Source of the DNA: Pseudomonadota bacterium
Lineage (GTDB): Bacteria > Pseudomonadota > Gammaproteobacteria > Acidiferrobacterales > UBA6901
Length of the DNA stretch: 64,000 bases
Direction: 5' to 3'
NCBI GenBank assembly: GCA_027364845.1
Contig: DAHXOO010000002.1
Coordinates: 12,156-76,155 of the forward strand
Positions within the stretch are counted from its first letter, which is position 1. Each line of letters opens with the position of its first letter. The translations under genes were made by a program, and so were the position numbers. The notes under the pieces were generated by a model. The model was not told the DNA's origin, ran no database searches, and saw only the letters and a program-made list of their open reading frames with translations. Below, piece after piece: positions 31,309 to 42,029 of this stretch.

Positions 31309-33629
31309 AATATCTGCTCTACGCCATGCTAGCCATGGGCTCGGCCCTGGCCATCATCCCGCTTGGTCACGCCAATTCTCTGCCGAGCGGACTGCTCAAG
31401 GCCGACAAGGCGTTCGCGCTCAGCGCCCAGGTACGCAATGGCGACGCCGTAGTGGCACACTGGAACATTGCCAGAGGTTACTATCTCTACCGCGACAAGT
31501 TTCGGTTCGTGGTACAGAACAGCGGAATTGCCCTGCAGAACCCGGTTTTCCCCGCGGGCATTCGCAAACATGATGAGTATTTCGGCGACGTCCAAATCTA
31601 CCGCAACGCGGTGAGCGTGCTACTGCCAGTATCGCGCACCGATCCGGCAGTCCGAACGCTGAACCTGCAGGTCACGGCCCAAGGCTGTGCCGATATCGGC
31701 GTGTGCTATCCGCCCATCGTCAAGACAGTAACGCTCACGCTCCCTCCCTCCCGTGTGCCGACCACGACGCCAGGGCGCCCGCCGGCCTCTGCCGTTGAGA
31801 CATCGGGGACAACCGACGACAATCGCCAGTTCCTGAAGCCCGGACAGGCGTTCCGTTTGCAGGTCGTACGGCGCACCGTCGATTCTCTCAGTGCCCGCTT
31901 CGCGATCGCACCCGGCTATTACCTCTACCGCGACAAGATTCATTTCAAGCTGCTGCCGGGACAGGGCATAAGCCTGGCACCCTACGTACTACCCAGTGGC
32001 CTGGTGGAAATCGACCCGTTCATAGGACGCACTGAAATCTACGAGACCGCTTTCAAGATCACATTGCCACTCATCGGCAACACCGGCCAGGCGCCCGTGG
32101 TCCGGCTCCAGGCGAGTTACCAAGGCTGCGCTGAGAAGGGGATTTGCTATCCGCCAATCACGAAGGTGGTAACCGTAGCGATGACCGGCGCTGGCATGAC
32201 GAACGAAGTTGCCTCAGCCAGTGGACCCGCCGCCAGCGGGCCGGGACACCATGCCAGCTTCAAAACGTACATGCTCGCGATGCTGGCGGGCTTCGGCACT
32301 GGGCTGCTTTTGGCCTTCACCCCCTGCGTCCTACCCATGATCCCGATATTATCGAGCATCATCGTTGGACAGAGCGACCGTAATGTTACCAAACTGCGCG
32401 CCGCGATGTTGTCGCTATCCTACGTGCTTGGCACCGCGGTGACCTATACCGCGGCCGGGGAACTGGCGGGAGCAACAGGCGTTCAACTGCAGGCTTATTT
32501 CCAAAATCCCTATGCGATCGGCCTGTTCAGCGCCATATTCGTGTTCCTGGCGCTTTCCATGTTCGGGTTCTACGACCTACAGGTCCCGGCCTTCATACAG
32601 TCGCATCTTCACCACCATAGCCGGGAGCTGCACAAGAAGAGTCATCGCATCAAGGGTGGTGCATTTTTCGGGACCTTCGTACTCGGGCTGGTCTCAGCCC
32701 TGATTGTCGGCGCCTGCGTATCGCCACTGCTGATCTCGGCGCTGGGCATCGCCATCTCCAGCCATGATCCAGCTCTTGGCGCCGCCATCATGTTTTCCAT
32801 CGCCATGGGCACCGGCGCGATACTCATTGCCATAGGCGTGGGCGCGGGTTTTCTCCTCCCCAAGGCCGGTCCCTGGATGGACAAGGTGAAGCACGTCTTT
32901 GGGGTACTCCTCCTCGGAGTGGCGATCTACGTTTTGAGCGCTCTGCCGCAGGTACCCGTACTGCTGCTATGGGCAGCCCTGCTGATTGTCGCCGGAGTAT
33001 ATCTCGGCGCCACGCAGACCCTGGCAAAGGACGCAGGCGGCTGGAGCTACCTGTGGAAGGGGGTTGGCACGGTATTGCTCATCTGGGGCGTCTTTGCACT
33101 GTTTGGCGCCCTGAGCGGCAAACGCAACATACTTAACCCCCTCCCCCGCGGAGGCGTCGCCGGCATCGCCACACAGATCACCGCGGGCACGCCTATAGAG
33201 AAGGCAGCGTCCTCCGCCCCATTGTTCCAGCGCTATGCCACGCCGAGGGAAATTTTGGCCGCCATGGCCGATGCGCGCGCCCAGGGCAAACCGGTGGTCC
33301 TGGACTTTTATGCTTCCTGGTGCGTCGACTGCGTACAGCTGGAACGCGGCACCTTCTCCGATCCGCGCGTGCGTGCCGCGTTGAGCCACTTTGTCGCGCT
33401 GCAGGCCGACGTGACCGACACCGATGCCGCGACCCAGGCACTTAAGACGCAATTTGGCGTCCTCGGCCCTCCGGCGGTGTTGTGGTTCTCACCTGACGGA
33501 AGGGAGCTGAAACGCTTGAGCTTCTACGGGTACCGGTCACCAGACCGTTTTCTCGCCACGGTGCTGCAGGCTGAGGCCGAATTTTCCGGGAAAGACCGGA
33601 TTCCATCTCAACCCGGAGCAACTCCATGA
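31305..33629 (+). CDS. dsbD: Thiol:disulfide interchange protein DsbD with a tandemly duplicated N-terminal alpha domain
   Basis: ATGA overlap with cutA. Signal peptide. Two alpha-like modules, each with GYYLYRDK and QGCA..G.CYPP. A membrane core with FTPCVLPMIP and GACVSPLL. A C-terminal thioredoxin fold with WCVDC. The track start at 31116 overlaps cutA and is rejected. Confidence 0.9.
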   Translation: MKYLLYAMLAMGSALAIIPLGHANSLPSGLLKADKAFALSAQVRNGDAVVAHWNIARGYYLYRDKFRFVVQNSGIALQNPVFPAGIRKHDEYFGDVQIYRNAVSVLLPVSRTDPAVRTLNLQVTAQGCADIGVCYPPIVKTVTLTLPPSRVPTTTPGRPPASAVETSGTTDDNRQFLKPGQAFRLQVVRRTVDSLSARFAIAPGYYLYRDKIHFKLLPGQGISLAPYVLPSGLVEIDPFIGRTEIYETAFKITLPLIGNTGQAPVVRLQASYQGCAEKGICYPPITKVVTVAMTGAGMTNEVASASGPAASGPGHHASFKTYMLAMLAGFGTGLLLAFTPCVLPMIPILSSIIVGQSDRNVTKLRAAMLSLSYVLGTAVTYTAAGELAGATGVQLQAYFQNPYAIGLFSAIFVFLALSMFGFYDLQVPAFIQSHLHHHSRELHKKSHRIKGGAFFGTFVLGLVSALIVGACVSPLLISALGIAISSHDPALGAAIMFSIAMGTGAILIAIGVGAGFLLPKAGPWMDKVKHVFGVLLLGVAIYVLSALPQVPVLLLWAALLIVAGVYLGATQTLAKDAGGWSYLWKGVGTVLLIWGVFALFGALSGKRNILNPLPRGGVAGIATQITAGTPIEKAASSAPLFQRYATPREILAAMADARAQGKPVVLDFYASWCVDCVQLERGTFSDPRVRAALSHFVALQADVTDTDAATQALKTQFGVLGPPAVLWFSPDGRELKRLSFYGYRSPDRFLATVLQAEAEFSGKDRIPSQPGATP

Positions 33630-34165
33630 AAAGTTTCCTTTTGCTGGCGGTGGCCGCCATACTCGCTGGCGTGGCTGGAATGTGGCTCGGACAACATTTT
33701 CACCACTCGCCATTGTCTGTCCAGCAGGCAGTGGGAACGCAAACCGTCGCATTCTCGCTCCCCGATATCCAAGGACATAGCCGTGATATCCAGGATTGGA
33801 ACGGCAAGGTTCGCATAGTCAATTTCTGGGCAACCTGGTGCCCGCCGTGCCGCGAGGAGATCCCGGAATTCATTAAGGCGCAGCAGCGCCTTGGCCCAAG
33901 TGGCCTGCAGATCATTGGTGTCGCCGTGGACAGGACCTCGTCCGTGATCCGCTTCTACAAGGCCAAGAAGATGAACTATCCGGTACTACTGGGCGAACAG
34001 CAGGGCGTACAGTTGATGGCGAAGTACGGAGATATGGAGGGCGGTCTGCCCTACAGCATCATTCTCGACCGGCATGGCCGAATCGTGGCCCGCAAGCTTG
34101 GGGCATTCTCCAAGGCTGGCCTGGAAAAAACCTTGCGACCCTATCTGAAGAAGGCCTCATCCTGA
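33626..34165 (+). CDS. TlpA-family periplasmic thiol:disulfide oxidoreductase
   Basis: N-terminal anchor and the WATWCPPCREE active site. ATGA overlap with dsbD. Confidence 0.85.
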   Translation: MKSFLLLAVAAILAGVAGMWLGQHFHHSPLSVQQAVGTQTVAFSLPDIQGHSRDIQDWNGKVRIVNFWATWCPPCREEIPEFIKAQQRLGPSGLQIIGVAVDRTSSVIRFYKAKKMNYPVLLGEQQGVQLMAKYGDMEGGLPYSIILDRHGRIVARKLGAFSKAGLEKTLRPYLKKASS

Positions 34166-34359
34166 TGGACGTGAGTCGCCCAGTCCCGTAATTGCCTCCA
34201 TCGGTTCTTTGGCCCGAACTCCGGCGATTTTGCTGGAACTTGTCTTGAACTGGACAAAACCTGCCCATCTGCGTACTATCCTGAGCCCAATTGATACTGA
34301 TACTGTCTGTGCGCCGATAAGTCCTGGTTCGCGCGGAAGTGGGCACCAATCGGGGGTCT

Positions 34360-34842
34360 ATGGCCGAGATACTGGTACTAAACGGACCGAATCTCAATTT
34401 GCTGGGGACGCGCGAACCCCGATATTACGGTTCCAGCAGCTTGGAGACAATCAATACAGAACTTGCCCGAATCGCGGCAGAAGCGGGCTACAAATTGAGC
34501 GTTTTTCAAAGCAATGCCGAGCACGAACTGGTGCAGCGCGTGCATCAGTCAATGGAACAGAAAGCAGCGTTCATTTTGCTCAACCCCGCCGCCTTTACTC
34601 ATACCAGCATTGCGCTACGTGATGCGCTTGCGGCGACAGCCATACCTTTCATTGAAGTTCATCTTTCCAACATCCATGCGCGTGAGTCATTTCGCCGCCA
34701 TTCCTATTTCTCTGACCTTGCCAAGGGAGTCATTAGTGGGCTTGGTGCCCAAGGTTACGAATTGGCGCTCGCGGCGGCCATCCGGTACTTGAAAAACCAG
34801 GACAACAATCGTGGACATACGCAAGATCAAGAAGCTCATTGA
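34360..34842 (+). CDS. aroQ: Type II 3-dehydroquinate dehydratase
   Basis: [22 protein letters not shown] and [24 protein letters not shown] motifs. Confidence 0.9.
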   Translation: MAEILVLNGPNLNLLGTREPRYYGSSSLETINTELARIAAEAGYKLSVFQSNAEHELVQRVHQSMEQKAAFILLNPAAFTHTSIALRDALAATAIPFIEVHLSNIHARESFRRHSYFSDLAKGVISGLGAQGYELALAAAIRYLKNQDNNRGHTQDQEAH

Positions 34843-35269
34843 GATGCTTGAGGAATCCAACCTCTCGGAAATGGAAATCCGGGAGGGCGAGGAGACCATC
34901 CGGCTGAGCCGCATGATGACGGTCGCGCCGACAGCTCCGGCGCTGGCTCATGCGCCGATCCAGACATCTTTCGCGCCGGCCCCGGGATCCACCGCGGGCG
35001 GCGAGAAGCCGGCGGAGGTCTCCTCCGTCCCTTCAGGTCATGTCGTTACCTCGCCGATGGTCGGCAGCTTTTACCGCGCGCCATCGCCCAATGCTGCACC
35101 ATTCGTGGAGATTGGCAGCCAGGTGAAGGTCGGCGATACGCTTTGCATCATCGAAGCGATGAAGATGCTCAACCCTATCGAGGCTGACAAGGCTGGGACG
35201 ATCAAAGCCATCCTCAAAGAGAATGGCCAGCCGGTGGAATATGGCGAACCCCTGTTTGTCATCGAATAA
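34811..35269 (+). CDS. accB: Acetyl-CoA carboxylase biotin carboxyl carrier protein
   Basis: [16 protein letters not shown] and the biotinylation motif EAMKMLN. Confidence 0.95.
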   Translation: MDIRKIKKLIEMLEESNLSEMEIREGEETIRLSRMMTVAPTAPALAHAPIQTSFAPAPGSTAGGEKPAEVSSVPSGHVVTSPMVGSFYRAPSPNAAPFVEIGSQVKVGDTLCIIEAMKMLNPIEADKAGTIKAILKENGQPVEYGEPLFVIE

Positions 35270-35299
35270 TCGTCCTTCCGGCAACCTCACGATAATCCC

Positions 35300-36640
35300 A
35301 TGATCGAGAAAGTGGTCATAGCCAATCGTGGTGAGATCGCACTGCGCATTCAGCGGGCGTGCCGCACCCTTGGAATTCGCACCGTCGCACTGCACTCGGA
35401 GGCCGATCGGGACGCGAAGTACGTCAAGCTTGCGGACGAATCCGTATGCATTGGTCCGCCACCGGCCAGGGACAGTTACCTGAACATTCCAGCGGTCATC
35501 AGCGCCGCCGAAGTCACGGATGCGGTCGCCATTCATCCAGGGTACGGCTTTCTCTCGGAAAATGCTGATTTTGCCGAGCGCGTCGAACAGAGCGGCTTTA
35601 TCTTCATCGGTCCGCGTGCCGAGACGATTCGGCTGATGGGCGACAAGATTTCCGCCATCCGGGCAATGAAAAAGGCCGGAGTACCCTGCGTACCGGGGTC
35701 CGATGGACCGCTGGCGGATGACGACGACGAAAACCTAAGGCTCGCCGCGGACATCGGTTACCCGGTACTTATCAAGGCTACTGGCGGTGGTGGTGGAAAG
35801 GGGATGCGCGTGGTGCACAGCGAAGCCGCTCTGCGCAACGCCATCTCGCTCACTCGTGCTGAAGCGAAAGCAGCTTTCAACAACGACGTTGTCTACATGG
35901 AGAAGTACCTCGAGAACCCGCGTCACGTGGAGTTTCAAGTGCTCGCAGATCAACATGGCAGCGCCATCCACTTGGGCGAACGCGATTGCTCCATGCAGCG
36001 GCGTCACCAGAAAGTGGTCGAAGAAAGCCCTGCCCCGGGCATCTCTGAAAGAGTGCGCCAACGCATGGGGGAGCGCTGTGCGGAGGCCTGTCGCAAGATC
36101 GGTTACCGCGGAGCTGGGACCTTCGAGTTCCTGTACGAGAATGGCGAATTCTATTTTATAGAAATGAACACGCGCGTGCAGGTGGAGCATCCGGTGACAG
36201 AAATGGTCACTGGCGTCGACATCGTACGCGAGCAGCTGCTGATCGCCTCCGGCGAACGCCTGTCGTACCGCCAGAAAGACATCACTTGGCACGGGCACGC
36301 GATTGAGTGTCGCATCAACGCCGAAGACGCCCGGACCTTCATGCCGTCGCCAGGGCGCATCACTCAATTCCACCAGCCGGGCGGACCAGGAATCCGTGTG
36401 GACTCACACGTTTACAATAACTATGTGGTGCCACCCAATTACGACTCGATGATCGGCAAACTGATTGCCTATGGCGAGAATCGCGAGACCGCTATGGCCC
36501 GCATGCGCATTGCGCTGAGCGAGATGGTGATCGATGGGATCCGAACCAATATTGCCTTGCATCAGGACATCATGAACGATGCCGCATTCGGGTCCGGCGG
36601 AGTAAACATTCACTATCTGGAAAAGAAGCTTGGGCTTTGA
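35300..36640 (+). CDS. accC: Acetyl-CoA carboxylase biotin carboxylase subunit
   Basis: [17 protein letters not shown]..., ATP-grasp, 446 aa. Confidence 0.97.
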   Translation: MIEKVVIANRGEIALRIQRACRTLGIRTVALHSEADRDAKYVKLADESVCIGPPPARDSYLNIPAVISAAEVTDAVAIHPGYGFLSENADFAERVEQSGFIFIGPRAETIRLMGDKISAIRAMKKAGVPCVPGSDGPLADDDDENLRLAADIGYPVLIKATGGGGGKGMRVVHSEAALRNAISLTRAEAKAAFNNDVVYMEKYLENPRHVEFQVLADQHGSAIHLGERDCSMQRRHQKVVEESPAPGISERVRQRMGERCAEACRKIGYRGAGTFEFLYENGEFYFIEMNTRVQVEHPVTEMVTGVDIVREQLLIASGERLSYRQKDITWHGHAIECRINAEDARTFMPSPGRITQFHQPGGPGIRVDSHVYNNYVVPPNYDSMIGKLIAYGENRETAMARMRIALSEMVIDGIRTNIALHQDIMNDAAFGSGGVNIHYLEKKLGL

Positions 36641-36758
36641 CGAACAAGCCGTCGCCGGCTGGGTACGGTCATTCGGCACTCGGAGGTGAATCCAAGCCGT
36701 GCAATCCGCGCTTCGACTCCGACAACAACTGTCGCGCCAACACTTCACGTGAACCGAA

Positions 36759-37652
36759 ATGCCCTGGCTCTGCGTCCGCCTGAGTGTTGACCGAGAGCGG
36801 GTGGACAGCGTCTCCGATGCCCTGGAATGCTGCGGCGCACTCGCGGTCATGCTGGAAGATGCCGGCAACGAGGCTCTGTTTGGCGGCGCCGGCGACGACG
36901 AACTGCGACTCTGGGCGCATACCACCCTGTGCGCGTTACTACCCGCTGACACGGAGCCTTCACAGTTCGTCCGCGACGTCACGGCGCTGCTGGGTATGAA
37001 TACACCCCTGACCTGGGAAGCAGATCGGCTTCCGGACCAAGATTGGGAGCGAGCATGGATGGACCGCTTCAGGCCGATGCATGCTGGTGGGTATTTATGG
37101 ATCTGTCCGAGCTGGCTTGCCCCGCCGCCACCTCCGGCGGTAGTCGTCACGCTCGATCCAGGGCTTGCCTTCGGCACCGGAACGCACGCCACCACCGCTT
37201 TGTGCCTGAACTGGCTGGCAACCCACGCACTGTCCGGAAAGGAAATCATTGATTTTGGCTGCGGTTCGGGCATCCTTGCGATAGCCGCCTTGAAGCTGGG
37301 CGCGCACAGCGCCTGGTCTATCGACACCGACCCCGGCGCACTAGCGGTCACCTGTGAAAATGCCCAGCGCAACGAGGTAAGTGACCGGCTAAGTGCCGTT
37401 ACTCCGCAATCCCTGCCGGCGGGCGCAAACGCCGATGTCGTCGTCGCGAACATCCTGGCTGATCCCCTGATCCAGCTCGCCCCGCGTCTCACCGGACTCA
37501 CGCGCACGGGCGGTGTTCTGCTGCTATCCGGGATGCTGGAGCAGCAATCTGCCGAAGTTGAACGTCACTATTCGGCGGAGTTTGCTGTCGAAACCCACGT
37601 CCGTGACGGCTGGGCGCTACTGGCCTGTCGCAGACTTGCGCTGGGCACCTGA
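36759..37652 (+). CDS. prmA: Ribosomal protein L11 methyltransferase
   Basis: GLAFGTGTHATT and DFGCGSGILAIAA motifs, with conserved position after accC. Confidence 0.92.
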   Translation: MPWLCVRLSVDRERVDSVSDALECCGALAVMLEDAGNEALFGGAGDDELRLWAHTTLCALLPADTEPSQFVRDVTALLGMNTPLTWEADRLPDQDWERAWMDRFRPMHAGGYLWICPSWLAPPPPPAVVVTLDPGLAFGTGTHATTALCLNWLATHALSGKEIIDFGCGSGILAIAALKLGAHSAWSIDTDPGALAVTCENAQRNEVSDRLSAVTPQSLPAGANADVVVANILADPLIQLAPRLTGLTRTGGVLLLSGMLEQQSAEVERHYSAEFAVETHVRDGWALLACRRLALGT

Positions 37653-37674
37653 AGGCCTGCGGCACGACCGAATC

Positions 37675-38442
37675 ATGTACACCCGCTGCCCCCGATGTCA
37701 CACCGTATTCAGCCTTACCGATGTTCAGCGTGCGGCGCGCGGAGGTCTGGTGCGATGCGGGCGGTGTTCCACCGTGTTCCAGAGCAACGACAGGCTGCTT
37801 CAAGCGCTATCCATGGAGAACGAGGTTTCCAGCAGCGATGCGGCCACGGCAGGCATCGCGGACCGGGCAGCAACTTTCAATGCGGTGGACATCATGCTGC
37901 CTGAAACACGCCCAGGAACAGAGCCGCTGGAGTTCCCCCTGCTGCGCCGGGCACGGCGCCCACGTACGCGTATGCCATTCTGGATATTGGGTAATCTGCT
38001 TCTCATGCTCCTTCTTGGTGCACAGGCGCTATACTTTTACGGCACTACACTGTCGCGATGGTATCCGCCGATCAGCCAGATCGAGGCAAGCACCAGGCGC
38101 TGGTTCGGATTCAGGACACCTGCACGACTGGACGTCGACCTGGTCGACCTAGAGCGGGCGCAGATTGCCCCGCATCCCAGAGTTGCTAACGCGCTGCGCA
38201 TCACGGCAACACTGGTCAACCGGGCCGCACACGCACAGCCTTATCCGCTGCTCGAAGTGACTTTTAGCGGCAACGGTGGCAATGTGGTCGCGCGGCGCGT
38301 GTTTCATCCACATGAATACCTTGGCAAGGCGCAGTCGGGTGCTGGCATGCCACCGAACATCGCTGTCCCAATCTCCTTCGATGTGCTCAATCCCGGCCGA
38401 CGCGCGGTCGGCTATGAAATCCAGCTGTTTGCCGCCCGGTAG
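37675..38442 (+). CDS. Zinc-ribbon (MJ0042-type) plus DUF3426-like membrane protein
   Basis: MYTRCPRCHTVF...VRCGRCSTVF zinc ribbon, then one TM helix, then a C-terminal beta-rich domain. The track start at 37513 overlaps prmA. Confidence 0.75.
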   Translation: MYTRCPRCHTVFSLTDVQRAARGGLVRCGRCSTVFQSNDRLLQALSMENEVSSSDAATAGIADRAATFNAVDIMLPETRPGTEPLEFPLLRRARRPRTRMPFWILGNLLLMLLLGAQALYFYGTTLSRWYPPISQIEASTRRWFGFRTPARLDVDLVDLERAQIAPHPRVANALRITATLVNRAAHAQPYPLLEVTFSGNGGNVVARRVFHPHEYLGKAQSGAGMPPNIAVPISFDVLNPGRRAVGYEIQLFAAR

Positions 38443-38615
38443 CGGTGCGTCTGCGTCCCCCCGCACCGCCGCCATGCGGGACGCGCTGAACGTGACACGA
38501 ACACGAACCGGATCCACGCGGGCGACAGGCATGATGGTGCGTCAGCCTCTTCCCTGTACCCACAATTTATGAGTATTATGCCGCCTCTTCCGCTTGCGAC
38601 TCGAACAAGACCTCA

Positions 38616-39614
38616 ATGCGACTGGGCCCCTACATCCTGAAGAGCAATCTGATCGTCGCGCCAATGGCCGGGGTCACTGACCGGCCGTTCCGCCAGCTGT
38701 GTCGCAGGCTCGGTGCCGGCATGGCGGTGTCCGAGATGGTTTCTTCAAACTCGCTGTTGTGGGGTAGCGAGAAAACCCTGCGGCGAGCAAATCACGACGG
38801 CGAGCCAGAACCAAAATCAGTGCAACTCGCCGGCGCCGATCCGACAATGATGGCCGAAGCCGCACGTCGCAACGTGGACCGCGGCGCGCAGATCATCGAT
38901 ATCAACATGGGTTGTCCGGCCAAGAAGGTTTGCAACGTGTTGGCCGGCTCCGCGCTGCTGCGCGATGAGCCACTCGTGGCACGTATCGTCGAATCGGTGG
39001 TGCGCAGCGTAGACGTTCCGGTCACTCTCAAGATCCGTACCGGCTGGGACCGGGACCATCGCAACGGCGTGCAGATCGCGCGCATCGCCGAGGCGACTGG
39101 CATCCAAGCGCTGGCTGTGCACGGTCGTACCCGTGCGGACGCCTACCAGGGTGAAGCGGAATACGAAACCATTGCTGCGATCAAGGCAGCGGTCCGGATC
39201 CCGGTCATCGCCAACGGCGACATCGACTCCGCAGAAAAAGCCAAGTATGTACTGGAAAAGACCGGTGCCGATGGCGTAATGATCGGCCGTGCTGCCCAGG
39301 GAAGGCCATGGATTTTCCGGGAGGTTTCGCATTTCCTCCGCACCGGCACGCTCCTGCCGGAGCCGGGGCCACGCGAGATTCGCGACATTCTGCTCGGCCA
39401 TCTGGCCGATCTGTATGGATTCTACGGCGAGCGTCTGGGCGTGTGTATCGCGCGCAAACATATCTCCTGGTACAGCAAGGGCTTGATCGGCGGCGGCGCT
39501 TTCCGTCATGCCGTCAATCAGGCGGAAACGACGACGGCGCAGGTCGACATGATTGAGGAGTTTTTTATACGACAGATCGACGCGATCGGGCAGACAGCCG
39601 GGATGGCGGCATGA
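38616..39614 (+). CDS. dusB: tRNA-dihydrouridine synthase B
   Basis: LIVAPMAGVTDRPFR and DINMGCPAKKV motifs, followed by fis as in the conserved dusB-fis operon. Confidence 0.93.
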   Translation: MRLGPYILKSNLIVAPMAGVTDRPFRQLCRRLGAGMAVSEMVSSNSLLWGSEKTLRRANHDGEPEPKSVQLAGADPTMMAEAARRNVDRGAQIIDINMGCPAKKVCNVLAGSALLRDEPLVARIVESVVRSVDVPVTLKIRTGWDRDHRNGVQIARIAEATGIQALAVHGRTRADAYQGEAEYETIAAIKAAVRIPVIANGDIDSAEKAKYVLEKTGADGVMIGRAAQGRPWIFREVSHFLRTGTLLPEPGPREIRDILLGHLADLYGFYGERLGVCIARKHISWYSKGLIGGGAFRHAVNQAETTTAQVDMIEEFFIRQIDAIGQTAGMAA

Positions 39615-39856
39615 AGGAACATCACCGCAAGGGGCCACTTGCCGCCTGCGTCAGGACCGCGCTGGAACGCTACTTTCACGATCTGGACGGCGAGAAACCG
39701 GGCAGCCTGTATGCCATGGTCATCGGTGAGATCGAGCGCCCGCTGCTTGAGGCAGTCATGCATCACGCACAGAGCAACCAGTGTAAGGCGGCACGGATGC
39801 TCGGGATCAACCGCAATACATTGCGCAAGAAACTCAAACTACACGGTCTAGACTGA
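39611..39856 (+). CDS. fis: DNA-binding protein Fis
   Basis: 81 aa with the C-terminal HTH QSNQCKAARMLGINRNTLRKKLK. ATGA overlap with dusB. Confidence 0.9.
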   Translation: MKEHHRKGPLAACVRTALERYFHDLDGEKPGSLYAMVIGEIERPLLEAVMHHAQSNQCKAARMLGINRNTLRKKLKLHGLD

Positions 39857-39988
39857 CGCACCCAGACAATCACGCGGCAGGAAAAGGCGCGTCGATCAAC
39901 GGGACTTTTCCTGTGCGGAAACACGGCAGTGCCAGAGTATTCCGGCATCTTCGGCCATCGTCTAACCAACAACCGCTAAAGGGGTAGC

Positions 39989-41560
39989 ATGGCGATCATC
40001 AAACGCGCTCTGATCAGCGTTTCGGAAAAGACGGGCATCATCGCGCTCGCCCGGTTTCTGCGGTCCTATAACGTCGAAATTATCTCCACCGGCGGCACTG
40101 CCAGGCTTCTTGCCGACAATGACGTCGAGGTCATCGAGGTCTCCGACTATACCGGCTTTCCGGAGATGCTCGATGGACGGCTGAAAACCCTGCACCCCAG
40201 AATTCACGGCGGAGTTTTGGGACGGCGCGACCTACAAAGCCACCGCCAGGCCATGGAGGCTCACGGCATCCCACCGATAGACCTGGTGGTCGTCAATCTC
40301 TATCCGTTTGAACAGACTGTGGCACGCAAGGACTGCGGACTCGAGCTGGCGATCGAAAACATCGATATCGGCGGCCCGACGCTGCTGCGCGCTGCCGCGA
40401 AGAACCACTCGGCGGTCACGGTGGTCGTCGACAACGCTGATTTCGACATCGTGCTCGAGGAAATGAAAGCGCACGGCGGCTCGGTAACCGACGCGACGCG
40501 CTTCGCGCTGGCAGTCAAGGCGTTCGAGCACACGGCTCGCTATGATGGCGCCATTGCCAACTATCTCGGTGCCATTGAGCCGGGCGGCATCCGCACACGC
40601 TTTCCCAGGACCTTCAACACTCAGCTCGTCAAAGTCCAGGACATGCGTTACGGAGAGAACCCGCATCAGCAGGCGGCGTTCTATCGCGAGCGTGCTCCGG
40701 CAGAGGCATGCATCGTCACCACGACGCAGCTGCAGGGCAAGGAGCTTTCGTTTAATAACGTCGCCGACACCGATGCCGCACTGGAATGTGTGAAATCCTT
40801 CGGCGAGACGGCATGCGTCATCGTCAAGCACGCGAACCCGTGCGGTGTGGCGGTGGCGGATACGCTGTATGACGCATACCATAATGCCTACATCACGGAT
40901 CCGACATCTGCGTTCGGCGGCATCATCGCCTTCAACCGCGCGCTTGACGCGCATACAGCACGCGCGATCATCGATCGCCAGTTCGTAGAGGTGATCGTCG
41001 CGCCGTCGGTCACGCCGGAGGCACGCATAGCCCTCGCGGCAAAGCAGAACGTGCGTGTGCTTGAGTGCGGTGAATGGGGGAACGAACGGCCGCCCGGCCT
41101 GGACTTTCGGCGCGTCACCGGCGGACTCTTGGTTCAGGAGCGTGACAACGCCACCCTTGACCAAGCCGGCCTCAAGGTTGTCACCAGGCGCGCGCCGACT
41201 GCGAATGAACTCAACGATCTGCTGTTCTCCTGGAAGGTCGTCAAGTTCGTCAAGTCCAATGCCATCGTTTACTGCAAGGCCGGCCGCACCGTGGGCGTCG
41301 GCGCGGGCCAGATGAGCCGCGTGTATAGCGCACGCATCGCTTCCATCAAGGCGGCGGATGCTGGCCTCGAGGTCCGCGGCTCGGTAATGGCTTCCGATGC
41401 GTTCTTTCCGTTCCGCGATGGCCTGGATCAGGCGGCGGAAGCCGGCGTCACAGCGGTGATTCAACCGGGCGGTTCCATGCGCGACCAGGAGGTCATTGAA
41501 GCTGCCGACCAGCATGGCATCGCTATGGTCTTCACCGGTATGCGCCACTTTCGGCACTAA
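39989..41560 (+). CDS. purH: Bifunctional AICAR transformylase / IMP cyclohydrolase
   Basis: [12 protein letters not shown]..., full-length 523 aa, ending in ...FTGMRHFRH. Confidence 0.97.
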   Translation: MAIIKRALISVSEKTGIIALARFLRSYNVEIISTGGTARLLADNDVEVIEVSDYTGFPEMLDGRLKTLHPRIHGGVLGRRDLQSHRQAMEAHGIPPIDLVVVNLYPFEQTVARKDCGLELAIENIDIGGPTLLRAAAKNHSAVTVVVDNADFDIVLEEMKAHGGSVTDATRFALAVKAFEHTARYDGAIANYLGAIEPGGIRTRFPRTFNTQLVKVQDMRYGENPHQQAAFYRERAPAEACIVTTTQLQGKELSFNNVADTDAALECVKSFGETACVIVKHANPCGVAVADTLYDAYHNAYITDPTSAFGGIIAFNRALDAHTARAIIDRQFVEVIVAPSVTPEARIALAAKQNVRVLECGEWGNERPPGLDFRRVTGGLLVQERDNATLDQAGLKVVTRRAPTANELNDLLFSWKVVKFVKSNAIVYCKAGRTVGVGAGQMSRVYSARIASIKAADAGLEVRGSVMASDAFFPFRDGLDQAAEAGVTAVIQPGGSMRDQEVIEAADQHGIAMVFTGMRHFRH

Positions 41561-41597
41561 CCATCCGCGCGGTGCAATGTGCCGCTGCCAGGTCGAT

Positions 41598-42029
41598 ATG
41601 AACATTGCCATGGCCACTTCCGAAAGGGAGATCAGACGCTGCTTCCCCGTCATGGTTCAGCTGCGCACGAAACTTGTCGAGGACCAGTTCATCCGGCAAG
41701 TTCAGCAACTACAGCGGCAAAGCTACCAGCTTGCCTATCTTGAAGATAGCGGCAAGGTGCGTTCGCTGGCCGGGTTCCGGTTCATGCAGAGGCTGTCACA
41801 CGCGAACATCATGTACGTCGAGGATCTGGTTACAGCGGATGATCAACGATCACGCGGTTACGGCGCTCAACTCTTCGACTGGTTGGTCGAGCGCGCTGTC
41901 GCGGAAGGGTGCACTGAACTGCGCCTGGATTCCGGTGTGCAGCGGTTTGCCGCACATCGCTTCTATTTCGCCCGACGCATGCACATCTCTGCCTATCATT
42001 TTTCCTTGAACCTGGACGAACGCACATGA
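41598..42029 (+). CDS. GNAT-family N-acetyltransferase
   Basis: Acetyl-CoA motif RSRGYGAQLFDWL and a length of about 143 aa. Its stop overlaps the purD start (ATGA). The track start at 41496 overlaps purH. Confidence 0.78.
   Translation: MNIAMATSEREIRRCFPVMVQLRTKLVEDQFIRQVQQLQRQSYQLAYLEDSGKVRSLAGFRFMQRLSHANIMYVEDLVTADDQRSRGYGAQLFDWLVERAVAEGCTELRLDSGVQRFAAHRFYFARRMHISAYHFSLNLDERT

Noticed and set aside
39857-39988. Looked for a ZTP (pfl) riboswitch upstream of purH. A 9-bp inverted repeat CAGGAAAAG-N18-CTTTTCCTG is present at 39878-39913.
   Set aside because: The conserved ZTP elements (GGGUCGUGAC.. / CCGCCUGGGC) are absent, and the hairpin has no U-tract. It is probably just a fis-proximal stem, so I did not call it.
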